A DNA stretch of 64,000 bases from Phoronis australis (lineage: Eukaryota > Animalia > Phoronida), in the NCBI GenBank assembly GCA_002633005.1, contig NMRA01000383.1:342316-406315 (forward strand), in the 5' to 3' direction. Under the pieces are notes generated by a model that saw only the letters and a program-made list of their open reading frames with translations, did no database searches and was not told where the DNA came from. Positions within the stretch are counted from its first letter, which is position 1, and every line of letters begins with the position of its first letter. A program made the position numbers and the translations under genes. Below, one piece after another: positions 49,179 to 62,338 of the stretch.

Positions 49179-52100
49179 AAGAAAGATAAAGCCACTGGAA
49201 GGAAAACTGTGTACACTAATTCTCATATTATTTTCACGGTCGACTACATATATCGCGAAGGGTATTAAGTACATCATACATTTTATTGACTCATCCGGGG
49301 ATCACAACTAATGTGATAATTAGGTCAAAACTACACATTTGGTTGTGGTCTGTTTTTTAATATTGTGGTGATGAGAAAAGTCACGTGATGCCAGTTGAAA
49401 TGCGTCGGGATCCCTTAGTTATTTACAGTTCCTACTGATGCCAGTTATGAGGAGAGAGGTAACTTTAAGTTGATACGCAATTGTATTTGGTGGCAAGCGG
49501 TCACTTGCCAGAAGAAATAATGGATTCAGATTAAGAAATAAAGTGACACAGTTGTGTGTTACGCAGAAGCAAAACCCGGCTCACGAAAACGTAAAATCAC
49601 GTAAAACTTCGAGAGATAACGCTATGTATTACAAAGCACGTCATCGCACTAGCTGTGTTCGCGATATTCTTACGTCAATGGAATTCAGCCCGGTTTTCCA
49701 CGACGGTAGCCACGTCATGAAAAGAATCCTACGTTGACACCGTAACCAGTCGAGAGTGGGCAACTCGACCAGTTTGCGCACCAGAATTTACGGGTTCACG
49801 TCAGTCACCTGCTTTGGTCAGTTAAATCGCCTCGGGCTGCTGATGCTATGAACACATTAGGGGCGACAATAGTACTTTTCAATGTTCGTTTTGAAACTTT
49901 GTAAATAACATATTTGAATAGCTCGTGAGAAGCACACGCGATTAGGTTTTTGAATTTTGAAAATTGGACAAGGAATGTGACTTTTACAACCTAAAACGTT
50001 CGTTTCTTGTTGCAATAATATGTTCCTTATTAATGCTGCTGAGTGTGCAACATAGTTGGGCCAATTACCAAATCTCCAGGCAGCAGTTGGATTTTGAGGT
50101 AAGCCAAATGTCATCCTTGAAATTATTGTTGGAGCGGATAAAACACTCTCAAAGTTGTATTGTATTAGACTGAAGGTTTATGAACACTCAGTCATTAATT
50201 TTCAAACAATTCTACTTTTTGACTTTGAAATTTTGCTGTTACTCTATTGCACGCGGGCAAACATGGAAACGAACTTCTCTGAATATACAATTAATTACCA
50301 ACATTCCGTATCGGTTCATATAACTGTACAATAACCGTAAGACTGTGTCTCTCAAGATTTATTGATCACTTAATGCCTGTCTAACCTCCCCACTCTCTTA
50401 GACTCGTCCGTTCCCGTCATTACTGACTATTTAAATGGCAGACACTTCTATTTTTCTCTAACTCTTTGGAATCAAGAACTACTTTGTTCACTTCTGAAAT
50501 AATAAAGAGCTAAAATGAAGGTAAGTGACCATTATTAATAAATACGAAATCGTTATTAAATTCTTGTCATCTTTCCTAGCGTATTTAGGATTTTATTCAC
50601 AAATTTGAAGATTTTTAACGGAAACTATTAACGGTCGACAATTTTGAGAGTGATTATTAATTGAGCTGACATGCCAACGATTTCAAGTTTGGCAATATGT
50701 CAACGTGATGTTGTCGATTTAATTATGCATTTTTGAATCCCAGGGACCAGTTCGTGAAGAGTGACTAATATAGAGACATTATTGGCGAGGAAAACGGTTT
50801 TATGATATCAGCCATAACGCAAACTTGGAAAACACAGTTCATACCTTTGCTGGCGGGACTAAATACCACTCTATAATTTAAAGCCTAACAGGAATTTTAC
50901 ATTCTTAGTTTTTTCCAATATATTCGATTCACCTTGGATTAAAATGGTAACTGAGCAATAACTATAGAAAATCGAATACATATTGTATATGTTACGCGAA
51001 ACTGTGAAAGGCTGGCAGTTGTTTGGCAAAAAAATCAATTCAGAGCAGCGCGACTGGAGCTCAAGACAAAATTTCCGAGCATTTTAAGCCTGCGTAGATT
51101 TCAGCCAATCTGTTGGACAAGGGCTACAATTGGAGCTAAGCGATGACATCACAAAAACGCATTTTTTTATATCGTAGCTCTGGTCAAAGGTATTCACTTG
51201 AAGAAGTCTTATCTCACCCAACATCATCAGAAACACAACACGTGACTTTTGGCTGTAAAACCGATTATGTCCCCTTAAACATTAGGTAATAAATTTCGTC
51301 TTACTCCCCAGTGACGTAATAATTTCAAAAAAATAACAATTGTATCTCACCACAGCAAAGCTGTAAAGTATTTAAAAATACACCCCATGGCTCATGGCTC
51401 AGATAATTTGTATCGATTTTTTCTAAACTGTGGTGAGCTAACAAATACGTGGCAGTATAAACAGTAGCAATGGACCGCCAACTCTGTTCGTTATCATTGC
51501 ATATGATCTGTGACCTTGCGCGCAAGCTGCGAACAACGTTATTGGCTGCAACGTTGCTATTCACTAGCGGCGCCTGGTGTGATGTTTATTTTGCTTCTGG
51601 TAAATACGTCGTCTCACTAACCGATTGTGCACTGGAAAAGAGTGCCGCCTTCTCTGGTAATTTCATTGTGAATTGGTTACCTACGACCTTATGATGACAG
51701 CAACGTTTTTCAGTAATTGTAAGGAAAGGGCGTAAGTCAAAGTTTTTGACTAAGTCTTAAGTCACTTTTCAAATGAAATGAACCTCAAGGTGAATTCAAA
51801 ATTGACATATTTTCTAACACTCCAAAAAGTTCAGGCATACTTTGCGAGATAGTGGGTCTGTAAATATAAAATGACCCAACGACATCGACTTGAAATGACC
51901 GTACTCATGTTGCCAATGGTACCGGTAGCTAAATTTACTTTACGCACACACGCGCAAACACAAACACAAAACTTCATCTTGTCTCAAGGAACATTTGCTA
52001 CCGGGATACTCTGATTTTTTAAATAAACACGTTCATTTTAACGTATCTCACAGACTGGCAAGTATTTTATTAGCCCATAATTATTTCGTATTCACAGTGT

Positions 52101-52494
52101 GTTAAAAAGTCGTTTATACTTTTAGTTACCAACTACGTCACCGCGAATACATCGTGAAATGAAAATCATTTGAGTAAAATCGCGATCACACAATGTAATG
52201 TCTCGCCAAAACGAACAAAATTTTACATCAAGACATGGTATACACATTTTAGAACAACCCATCAAAACCTGCTGACAGTTACCGAAAATTCTAAAGTATG
52301 AGTGTTCTTGTGGACATTTTTCCGAAAACACGCTGATAGGCGACCTTACTTTTGGGTGGGCCTATATTTTCGGTAATTCTCGGTAGTTGTGCGCTTAGGA
52401 TGTGCGGGGGTTATTTCAGTTCAAATCACGTTGGCATTCGACGTGTTGGTGACGTCGACCTATTCGTGACGTATTCACTTTACAATTTTTCAAA

Positions 52495-54410
52495 ATGGAC
52501 TTGCGGACGGCTCACAGAGTCATTCGAGACTTTTTGAAAGTCACATTATTATGGTTTATAGACTTGATTTGGCAAATTATACTGAGAACGACAGAGAAAG
52601 TAAACTCTGTCATGTGGAGAACCCCGTGCAACGAAAACGCTTCTGCAAGCACGGCAATGGACGACAAGGTGTTAGGAGATGCATCTGTCGAGGAAACAGA
52701 ACTTGACATGGTATTAATGGAATCTGGTGCCAGGTGTCTAGCAGACGCTGTCCACAAATCAAAGGCACACGCCGGGCAGGTAGCCGAGTGCAAAGTCGAG
52801 TGCGAAATCGGAAACTCGTCAGGCATCCACAAAGCAGACGATAAATGTGAAAGAAACACTTCGGAGGAAGTGTGCCCCATTTCCCAAAACGAAAAGGGAA
52901 AGGAGAATGTCCATCAGAAGACTGACAGAGAGAACGAGCCTATTGGTCGCCATGAAGCTGTAGGGAGAGCAGTAGTGAACCTGGATGTCAGAAACCAGGC
53001 AGGCGATGTTGACGGCGTTCAACAGGACCTCATTCAACTGCCAGGTATCGCTCAGTTCTCTGATGATGGTAACAGTAAGGAGACAGTCCAGAAATCAGAA
53101 AGCGAACCCGTACAAAGTGACCACTTCGAAGACCCCACACTGGCAGATTCCAATGAGTCGACTGAGGAGTCTTCAACTTCGAAGGAAATGTGCCCCATTT
53201 CCACAGAAAAAGATGAGGTGAAGGAAGAAAATGTCCAGGAGAAGGCGGATCTGCCAAAAACAGAAAGAGAGCCAATTGGTCACCAGGACGGCGAAACAGC
53301 AGAGCAGCAGAGGCAGCAGGGGTTACTGGCAAGTCAGATTACAAATTTTACTGTTTACGAAACTGAGCTTACATCTGAGGTTGAAGACAGCATCAAATTA
53401 GGAAATGATGAAGATATTCCTATGGAGAACGACAGAGGGCGTAGTATCTTAGTGCTGCCTTACGGCACAGTTTCCACTCTTAACATACATGTAGGTGCTT
53501 CAGAAATCATCCGCCATACCTCTGCACATACGACTGACACTGGAGGGAGGGTAGTAGTGGAATTGGATGGTAGAGACAAAGCAGCCGACGTTAACGATGT
53601 TGGACGGGAAGTCATCCAACCGTCAGGTGTCGCTGGCTTCGCTGATGATGCTGATAGTAAGATGAATTCGAAAATAAAACCCTTGAAAGTGACCACTTAG
53701 AAGACGCTACGCTGCCTGAATTCACTGAGCAGACTAAATCGACAGTTTCCCTTGTCATCAGTAAGAAGTTTACACAGGACACCCAAAGCTCTGCAGATGA
53801 GACTCTGTACAGTACATCAAGAAGCGTCGAAGGTACAAGTCCAAAAGACGGCAAATTGCACAGTTTCGAGTTGTCTGAACATGCCATTTCTGCTCTTGCT
53901 GCAAATCTTTTAGAAAACACTTGCATCTCCATAGCCGAAGCTACAAAGGGCGAGATTATAGTCGCAAATGTTCAAGCCAATTATGAACCAGGGATGGTTG
54001 CAACTGTTCGCCCTGAATTCGATAGACCCTCTCCTGTTGCAGCGCTGCCCAAGTGTGATTTATCGTTTGCTTCAGGAGATCATTCAGCGGACACTGATTG
54101 CAAGAAGAAAAACAAAACAAAATTTCAAAGTCGCAACAACCCATTCACCACTGAGGACATTCGTCAAGAAGACGTCAAGAAGTCTGGATTTGCGCATGTC
54201 CCTCTTGATGCATTTTCTTCTGTTTCAGAGGACTATGATTTTACGGATAAGCCAAATACTATGAAACGTGGGGGACTTTTCAAACGTTTGAAATCACGAT
54301 TCAGACGGAACAGTGGCGTGGGCAAGGAGTCTTCCACTTCTTCTCCGCAGGCGCAAAGATTCACTTCACGATGGCGTCATTTGATGTGTTGTTGTGCCAA
54401 CGAAGGCTAG
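52495..54410 (+). CDS. Intronless acidic, internally repeated protein of unknown function; single 1-nt frameshift near 53683 (pseudogene, null allele or sequence error)
   Basis: 401-aa ORF plus a downstream frame open from about 53686 to 54410. The internal repeat (EPVQSDHFEDPTL vs KP-ESDHLEDATL) locates the deletion. The restored ORF is about 638 aa and ends RWRHLMCCCANEG. Confidence 0.65.
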
Positions 54411-57228
54411 AACACCTACGTCATATTTCACAGCTGAGGGACTTCATTACAAGATCAACTTTGAGCGCTTTTTAACACTTTTAACACTGGCGCTTTTTAT
54501 TATAAAATACGCTGCACTTCCGTGTATGTTTCGCAACAATTAAGTCTCAGTTGTGTACATACATTGAGTGTAAATTGCATGATGAAGGGCAAAATAAAAT
54601 GAAGGTGCAGGTGTAAAGTGTGTTTTAATTGGCGATTAAGCTGAAAGTTGCGTTAATTGCTTTTCCCACTCTTTAGTTTAATGAGACATTTCTCTTTCAT
54701 CGCCTAACTAGACTGACACCATACGTAGGTTACATGGTCTCCTAGTCAGGGTGGGTAGCTGCCACGCAAGGTAGATTATTCGGGTTTCTGAAGCAGTAAA
54801 ATGGGTGCCAAAATGTTCCGTTTTGGGGGGATGCATAACGTCGTGATAGAGTGTAGTAGCTGGAGCACTACACTAACTCGGGCCAGTTGGAATATCCAAT
54901 CACATTAAAATCCCAGAATTCTGATAAACGCATTTTCATTAACGGCCCAGATTTAGCCTTCGTGTTTTCTTTTTGCCCAAACAGTATGAGCGGAGAACAA
55001 CCTATTCAGTTTGTGGATAATAGCGCGTCCAGTTTATTGCATTACTGTTATTTTGAATCGTTACCAACTTTTACAAATTTGCACCACTTCATAACAGTTG
55101 ACAATTTATTAAGACATCTGCACAAAAATATAATACTTTAAAAATCAGCCCGTAAACCGCAGCTAGCATTATATCAGGGCTTTTGACAATGAACACACAA
55201 TAATAAACAGGGATACTCAACTGTTATCATTATATACAACAATAAGAGAACAGAGAAAAGTGTAAAGTAACGTCGACTTATAACACATCAATACAACAAC
55301 AGACTGTTATAAACAAATGATGCGACGGATTTAAGCAGAATGAGATTAGTTTCTACACTAAATTTACTTGAACCATTACTGAGGATATTGGCTTTGTCTA
55401 GCAAACTACGGGATTCATTAGGTGTAGAGAACACGTCAGAGTTACTTTCAATGATCCGGGAGAGTCCCTGCCTGGTTCATACTAAATGAAAATAGCATTT
55501 GAAATCCTCGCTAACTGGTGCAACCTAATTGCCCAACCGAGGCAAAGGGAACGTTGAAGCCATTTCATGAGAGTTATCAGTTTTTCAAGTCTTGTTTAAG
55601 TACTGTGATAAAGTTATTGATGTTATTGAATGAACCATTTTCTATCATGGTATGGAAAAGTCGACTGCAGTTGATCACGCGCTGTTTGATCAGTAGGCAG
55701 ATCCCACATTCGACCCACGTCCTCGAGTAAAGAATTCGGGCACCTATCGCAATCGGCCACACTGCCTCCTCTTTCGACCCGCTATCTGAACAATTAAAAT
55801 TTTACATGGGACACTTGTCTAACTTCTGATTTGCTTTCCTATTGCCCAATTACAGATCAGACGTCAGATAGACTCTCTTGTCGTGAGAAGCGTACGTTCA
55901 TTTCTAAAGACCACACCCAGTTATTGTTGAATAGTTTCATAAACTGCATTTCGTTGTAGACCGTTCACTCAAATGTGGAAAGCCAAAGAGGAAAGATCTA
56001 GGGCACATATTTTCCATTCAAGAATTAAAAACTCTGCAAGATAGCTAAGCCAAAATGTACTGGAACAATTTAAAAAGTCTTCTTTTTATTTGTCAAAAAA
56101 TGAAACTGTTTATTTGGGGAACTAGCAAACCGCAGAAGTTTTGAATCGTGTCTCCAGAAGTAAACCTAAAAGGGCTTGTCATTTCAAAAATCTCAGAGTT
56201 GATAGGGCCATAGGTATTGCTTTTCACTTATTTAAGATGAAATTTTAAAAAACTTCAAAGTCAAGTAAAACAATGTAGCCGTGTGTTCTACACAAAAATA
56301 ATGTTTTTTGGCAGCAGATTCTATTCAGCAGAATGTCCAACCATACTTCCATACTTAATTTCAAATCGTCGCCGGAAAATGACTGGAATTGTTAAAATTG
56401 TTACTCGGCTAAGGGTTGTGTGGTTTTGCTTGTAAACATTTCGAAGGTTAAAAAGATAAAATGTGAAATTAAGAACGTCTTGTAGAGTTGTGTAGGTTAC
56501 CTAAATTTCATACGGAGATTCGATATGCGCAGGAGGGAAATACCCGTTGTCACAGCGCCGTCTACATGTATGCGGAAAGATGGCTTCCGTTAGGAAACAG
56601 CGACTTTTGTGGGAAAAATGGTCTCTTAAGTTCATATAATAAAACAATGCAGGCACTAAATTGGGGTCCAAGACAGAATTTCAGTCCAGCCATATTAATA
56701 TTCACAACCGCTGGGGCATTGGCTCTCTCGTAAACTTGGATTTCTTTTTGAGACTTTATCGTGAGCACCAAACGAAATTTACGCCTGTTCTTAATATCGC
56801 TGTTTTCCCATGAATTTGCCTTTCTTTTTCGCTTCATGTTACCAAAACACATGGTCACGCCTGTCTAATAAAGAACTTGTCGCCGTCTGTCGGGTTAATG
56901 AATTTCAATATGGCGCGCGTATTTCAGTTATTGACTGACGTCCCGGTTGGCACCTGCTTGACGAGCTCTCCTGACAAGACCTGCCATTTTAACATTATCC
57001 AAATGATCCTATTTCCATAATTTTAACAAAATTAGAAACCTATTTGATATACCATAGTCACGTTATTGCACCGTGACTTCGAGCAAATTGGCCATACTTG
57101 TTTGTTCACTGATGCTAACGCTTATTTACATTGTTGATACACATACGGTTTTCTTGTTTCCTGTCCAGGCGCCAACTTTTCTAAAGTTATTTAGTTACAA
57201 CTATGTTTTTCAGTACGTTGTCCAAGCC

Positions 57229-57597
57229 ATGTTCGTCGCTGTTGCGGTTGCGACACTTCAGTTGTGGCTTATCCAAATGAGCATCGCCAGCCCTCTGAAC
57301 GAGAAGCTGATGAACGTCTGCGACGAAGATCCTGGCGCTGCCATGACTTGCAAGTGGTGCTACGACGTCATGGGTGCCGAGTACACGAAAAATTGCTGCA
57401 CGAGCGAGACGGTTTTCAAGGAGTGTTTCGCCATGAAAGTCCTTATGGCCTTCACGCAGTCGTCTGACTACCACGCCGACGCTTCTGAAGAAGGACGAAA
57501 GGTCGAAGGTGAAACCTCTCCGATGAAATCGCAAAAGCGCTTCAAGTGGCCCCATGCTTGGTTCAAGCGTACCGTCACTCGACGCACCGTTACATAA
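57229..57597 (+). CDS. Secreted six-cysteine prohormone/neuropeptide-precursor-like protein (122 aa)
   Basis: gccATG 15 nt after a ttttcag acceptor; signal peptide MFVAVAVATLQLWLIQMSIA; C-x9-C-x2-C-x11-CC-x8-C; acidic spacer; KR-FKWPHAWF-KR; GC3-rich codons against AT-rich flanks. Confidence 0.75.
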   Translation: MFVAVAVATLQLWLIQMSIASPLNEKLMNVCDEDPGAAMTCKWCYDVMGAEYTKNCCTSETVFKECFAMKVLMAFTQSSDYHADASEEGRKVEGETSPMKSQKRFKWPHAWFKRTVTRRTVT

Positions 57598-58681
57598 ATC
57601 AAAACATTATGTTTAATTGCAATCGATTTGTCTTAATGGGCTTTATTGAGAATATAACTTATATTTGAAACCCTTCGTCTTACAGCTGTGAACTGGGTGA
57701 GAATTCTAATTGCGCCCAATGTGAACATTTTCAAATTAGTTGTCTTTAGATTGCACTTTTTCATGTTATCGTCTCTGATCCGCCGCTTTGGAAAATACAT
57801 CAGATGGCGCTTTAAACCTCTGTGTTTCAACGTGGCAAGGTATATTGTCATTCAAATTTACAAAATATCATTGCGTTACTATCACGTTTAGCTGCCGAGG
57901 GAATTTAAAACTCTGTTCATTAAAAGTAAATATTTTACAAACTACTAGATTATTTAGTGAAATTTTCTTTATATGGTGTGACAACGACTGAAATGTCAGT
58001 GAATCATAAGCGCTTAAAATGTGGGACATGTGATAGCAGTGATCAGCAATTAAGATGGACGTGCCTAGAAATCATATCTCCCTTCATTGAAAATGAATGT
58101 TTAGCTTGTGTAACGTAGAATAACCTTGTTCACCGTATTTCCTTTGCACCCACGACCTAAAATGGAAATTGTTAAATAAATCGATAAAACCTTTAAAAAT
58201 GGTCGAAACATTTTCCGTGGCAAAATAGCAGTAGAATTCTACCACTGTAAGAGAGAACAATGGCGGTTTATATGAAGAAGTTAAATTCTACAAGTCTTAG
58301 TCAACCCTGCCGGAAGTGTTGTCATTTTGACACACTTCGTTACCTAGGGTAACCGCTGATGTTCTGTTTGGAAACCATTTTCCATCACGGCATAGAAAAG
58401 TTTGCGACAGATTTTGTGCGGCTGAATAATTTCCCGTTTTGGGTTATGCGTACGAAGGGAATGCGTACATGTAGTAACTCGTGAAACACACCGATAGTTC
58501 CGTTAAACTAAAGTTACGCTTATAATAAACGAATTTAGGAACATATATACAATATTTGTGTTTGTTGACAGTGAAATTTATGTTCTTCACCGGAGTACTG
58601 GCATGTTTCGTTGTATGTTTTCTGCAATTAAGGAATAAATATTAACTTACAAGTACAATCTTTAGTTTTCGCTATAATACT

Positions 58682-58838
58682 CTTGGGCGGATCCAGGATT
58701 TTGAGTTAGAGAGGAGCCAGGGCAGAGTATTAGCCACGACTTTGCCCGTCAAAAATTCGCACCTCCAAAGTGCCAAATGGAATCTGGGATAATTTAAGGG
58801 GGTCAAGGCCCCCTTGCCCCCCTCTAAATCCGCCACTG
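58682..58838. mobile_element. MITE, 5-bp TSD ATACT
   Basis: CTTGGGCGGAT...ATCCGCCACTG, ATACT on both sides. Confidence 0.78.
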
Positions 58839-60189
58839 ATACTTCCTATCTAAATGAAGTTTGAAAAAAATACTAAACGCTATTAAAAGTGAATCACGTT
58901 CTGTTATTGCGTTTCTGCTTTGCAGGTGGGGGTATCCGATTATATTCTTGATTCGGGGCACCCATTTAAAGAGTTGACTCAAAAGAACTCAACTGTTTGT
59001 TAGAAGCTTTAGTCAAAAGGTTATCGGTTGTCTTTCTGCAGAGTTTTGTTCCGGAAATGTCATCCTGTGGTAGGAATATGGACTCTTAAACAACTGAATT
59101 TTAACCCATTAAAGGAGAATGCCACCCAAAACAACCTATTTTGTATCAATTTCGATCGAGTAGTTCCACTCCATAACAGCAAGTTCAGTTCTTTTGCCTG
59201 ACACCTGACGGCAGACGGAGGTGTTGAAATTAACTGGTTGGAACGCAGTCTGTTCAACAGTTCACAACACACTTAGGCCTACTAGTGGTGTCAGTTTATC
59301 GCTTTAATTCGTTGTTTTACACCAATAAATCATCAAAATTAGTTGTAGAACACTTACAAACACACAGAGTTCTTGAACAAACGTGTTGTTTTATTTTGCT
59401 GTCACGGAATTATAGGTATTTGAACGTACCGTAGCCTACAGAGTGGGGTAGGCTAATTTACCAAGGTCGATCGCGGGAGTTTGGCGTCTGCTCGGTGATA
59501 AATTCGAATTATTCTTCCTTGAAATACAGACAGGAGAACATAGCTGTGTGTTGGAGTTTTTCAGTTCTAAACACACAAAACGTTTGTTATCCAGGCCTGA
59601 GTGTCTCGGATTCCGATCAGCCGGGTCCGTCGCGGCCGGACTGAAGTCATCACGAACCAGTCAAAATTGGAAACTGAACTTCCAAGTCACGAAAATACTG
59701 TTCTATATAGTACACCTAAGAAATAATGTGCACGTCTTATTTTGGTGAATTCGCCGAGGAACTGCATATCTTCTTACTTGTCGATCGGAGGTTCCCCTTC
59801 CACAGAACCGCCAGTAACAATGATTCGAATAATATATATCAGTGTATATCTAAACAAAGATTCGCTTAGCATCTGATCATAGCATATAAAATCGAGTAAT
59901 TGTTTCACAACAGCTTCCTGTCATTAAACACTGAATTAGCATGCTCTCACACGACCTTGGTGCTCGGTCAATTAGCTTCATTGCATCTGGAGCCGGTAGC
60001 CCATTGATTTATCCATTGCTGGCTTTTCAAAATATTTGCACTCACGAACACACGAAAGGCATTAAAAACTGTAACTAATGAGACAGACAGGGTGATAATA
60101 ATTCATTTGAAACAGAACGCACAACAATAAATTTCAACATAGCAACCCCGACTTAGACGAGTTCTCATCAGTCTCTTTTTTTCCCTGGC

Positions 60190-60425
60190 ATGAGCTGTTT
60201 GGTAAGCCAGCATTCGCCAGTGAAATAACTGTCGACGAAATGCCGGCCACAGACACGGAGATGTTTCACGGCCTCGTACTTGGTATTAACGGCGTACTTT
60301 TTATTCTTCACTACCGCGAGCCACTTCCGAAGCATTATGGGCTCTCGAGGAGATCGAAAAAACGATATACCCGCCTCCCGCTCAGTAACGCTAGAACCTC
60401 GCTTAAAAGCAAGACTTCGCGAGAT
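60190..60425 (-). pseudogene. Decayed THAP zinc-finger domain, probably from a DNA transposon
   Basis: GISFFRSPREP..LRKWLAVV...LRVCGRHF matches THAP FP...W...VCxxHF; the N-terminal Cys pair is disrupted. Confidence 0.65.
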
Positions 60426-61192
60426 TACGGTCTTGTCACCTTTTCTCACTCTGTCGAAAACCCTACATAAAGAATGACATGTTTTGAATCAATTCCCATC
60501 AACAGCTGTACAGATGAGAACAGAAACTTTATTATGTTGAATATTTTTGGCTCCCGGCTTTCAATTCTACTGAAAATCAAGGTAGGCTTAGAAAAAAATG
60601 GGCAATTCACAAAAATCAGCACTTTTTCACCCCAAAACACCACTTCCCTGCCGATGCACGAAACGAAAGCCAACATTAGATTTCTACAAATTTCCCAACA
60701 GTACTGCCCACCAAGTGTTTTGTTTTTGCAATTTTGGCTTGCTTGAGGGCTACCTGAAATCGCAGCCAATTTCTGAGTCGCTACTCATAGCAATTCCGTT
60801 ACTGCAACTGGCGGCTGCCATCCTGAAGAGGAGTGCAACTACAGCTGAGCAAATGTACGATTCCATAGATTTCATGATCTTTCGAATAAAATCAGTGAAG
60901 ATTCACCGATATTTTTATTCTGTCGTATGCTAAATTTCGCCAAATGAAAAGTAGGTCACAACTGGAGGGACTCCTGGAGTACAGTATGTCATAGATTACA
61001 GACAGCACATGCACTATAGTCTCTGGCTAGGTCGACTCGATGGCACTGTTTACGCTTTTCTAATCTTTTAACGAAATATTTTGATAAAAAAATTCAGGTT
61101 CATAGATCAGGTACACACTCATCTCGTCCTGGCCAAACAGTTAGCTCCGGTAGGTCTAGGGCTGTGTCTAAGTAAAATTAATGTGTGGAATT

Positions 61193-61487
61193 CAGTGACG
61201 GATCTAGGATACCACAGGGGGGGCAACATATGTTGCCTCGTGGAATTGGGCAAAGTGCAATTGTATGTGCACAGGCGGCCCGAAAGTTGCAGGGGCCAGG
61301 GATGTAAACCGTTGAACCTTCTGTTCAGAAAATCTATCGGTGGACTAAAAAGTACAGGAACACGATTCCGGCGCGATCTGGGGTCTGAGCCCCCCCCCTC
61401 TCTTCCGCTACCGGTCCTAGTTAGTGAACTCAATATTTCCTCACGCCCTTGCTGTTTCACTTTGCTCCCCCCCTAAATCCGCCTATG
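61193..61487. mobile_element. MITE, 5-bp TSD GAATT
   Basis: CAGTGACGGAT...ATCCGCCTATG, GAATT on both sides. Confidence 0.72.
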
Positions 61488-62256
61488 GAATTGTCCGTTT
61501 GCACCATTAAGACATTTAAATTAGGCCTACCTTCTTATGAACGTGGCATTTTTTGTAGTTTCATTCCATGAAGGTAGCTTTCATTCAATGTTGAAGGTAG
61601 CATGATCACTAAGTCGTGGTATGGTTACAAAACATTACAAGTCTGGTGTGGTAGTTGCAAAAATATGGTATTTACAAAAATAACTCAAATTTTTTTAAAG
61701 CTTCATAAATCTAAATATCATGTTTGAACAACTTCAAAATGAGCTCTCTCTAACTATACTGACATAGTGTATACTAAAGGTACAGGTCAAAAAGTAATTC
61801 AGCAGTTTTTTTGGTGACAACAGCTCGACCAAGGCTTTGAGTTCCGGCAGTAATCCAGTGCCCTTCCCTGTGCCGATAGAATCTCTGAATTTTGACCGGG
61901 AGAGAAGTTCAGTTGAACGCCAGCTTACGGTTTATGAATAACAAAAATTTATCTCTGATACGAAACAAAATAATGTCCATTGTGTTGAAATAAATAACAA
62001 AAAACATAAAATAAAATGTCCTTGAAAATAACAATTTCCGAGTGCTGAGATCCAGTAGGTGCCGAGACAAAGGCGGCCAGACGTAGTCAACTCGGGAGTC
62101 AAAATCTGAGATAGCCCTGCACCATAGTCACCAAGCTGAAAAGTGCGTATCTTGGAGCTAATATATTTGTGTTTATAATAGCCTTCGAGTTATCAAGCAA
62201 CATCACGTCGGCCTTCACGTACTCAGCATCGTTTTTGCGTCTATGGTGCCGGGTTT

Positions 62257-62338
62257 ATAGGGAACGGGCAAAGGAGACAATCGCCCTTACTCTCCTNTAT
62301 AGGGAAGGGGCAAAGGAGACAATCGCCCTTACTCTCCT
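62257..62338. repeat. 41-bp tandem duplication
   Basis: tatagggaa.gggcaaaggagacaatcgcccttactctcct twice, joined at an N. Confidence 0.8.

Noticed and set aside
53670-53700. Programmed -1 ribosomal frameshift
   Set aside because: No in-frame X XXY YYZ heptamer; the internal repeat indicates a simple 1-nt deletion.
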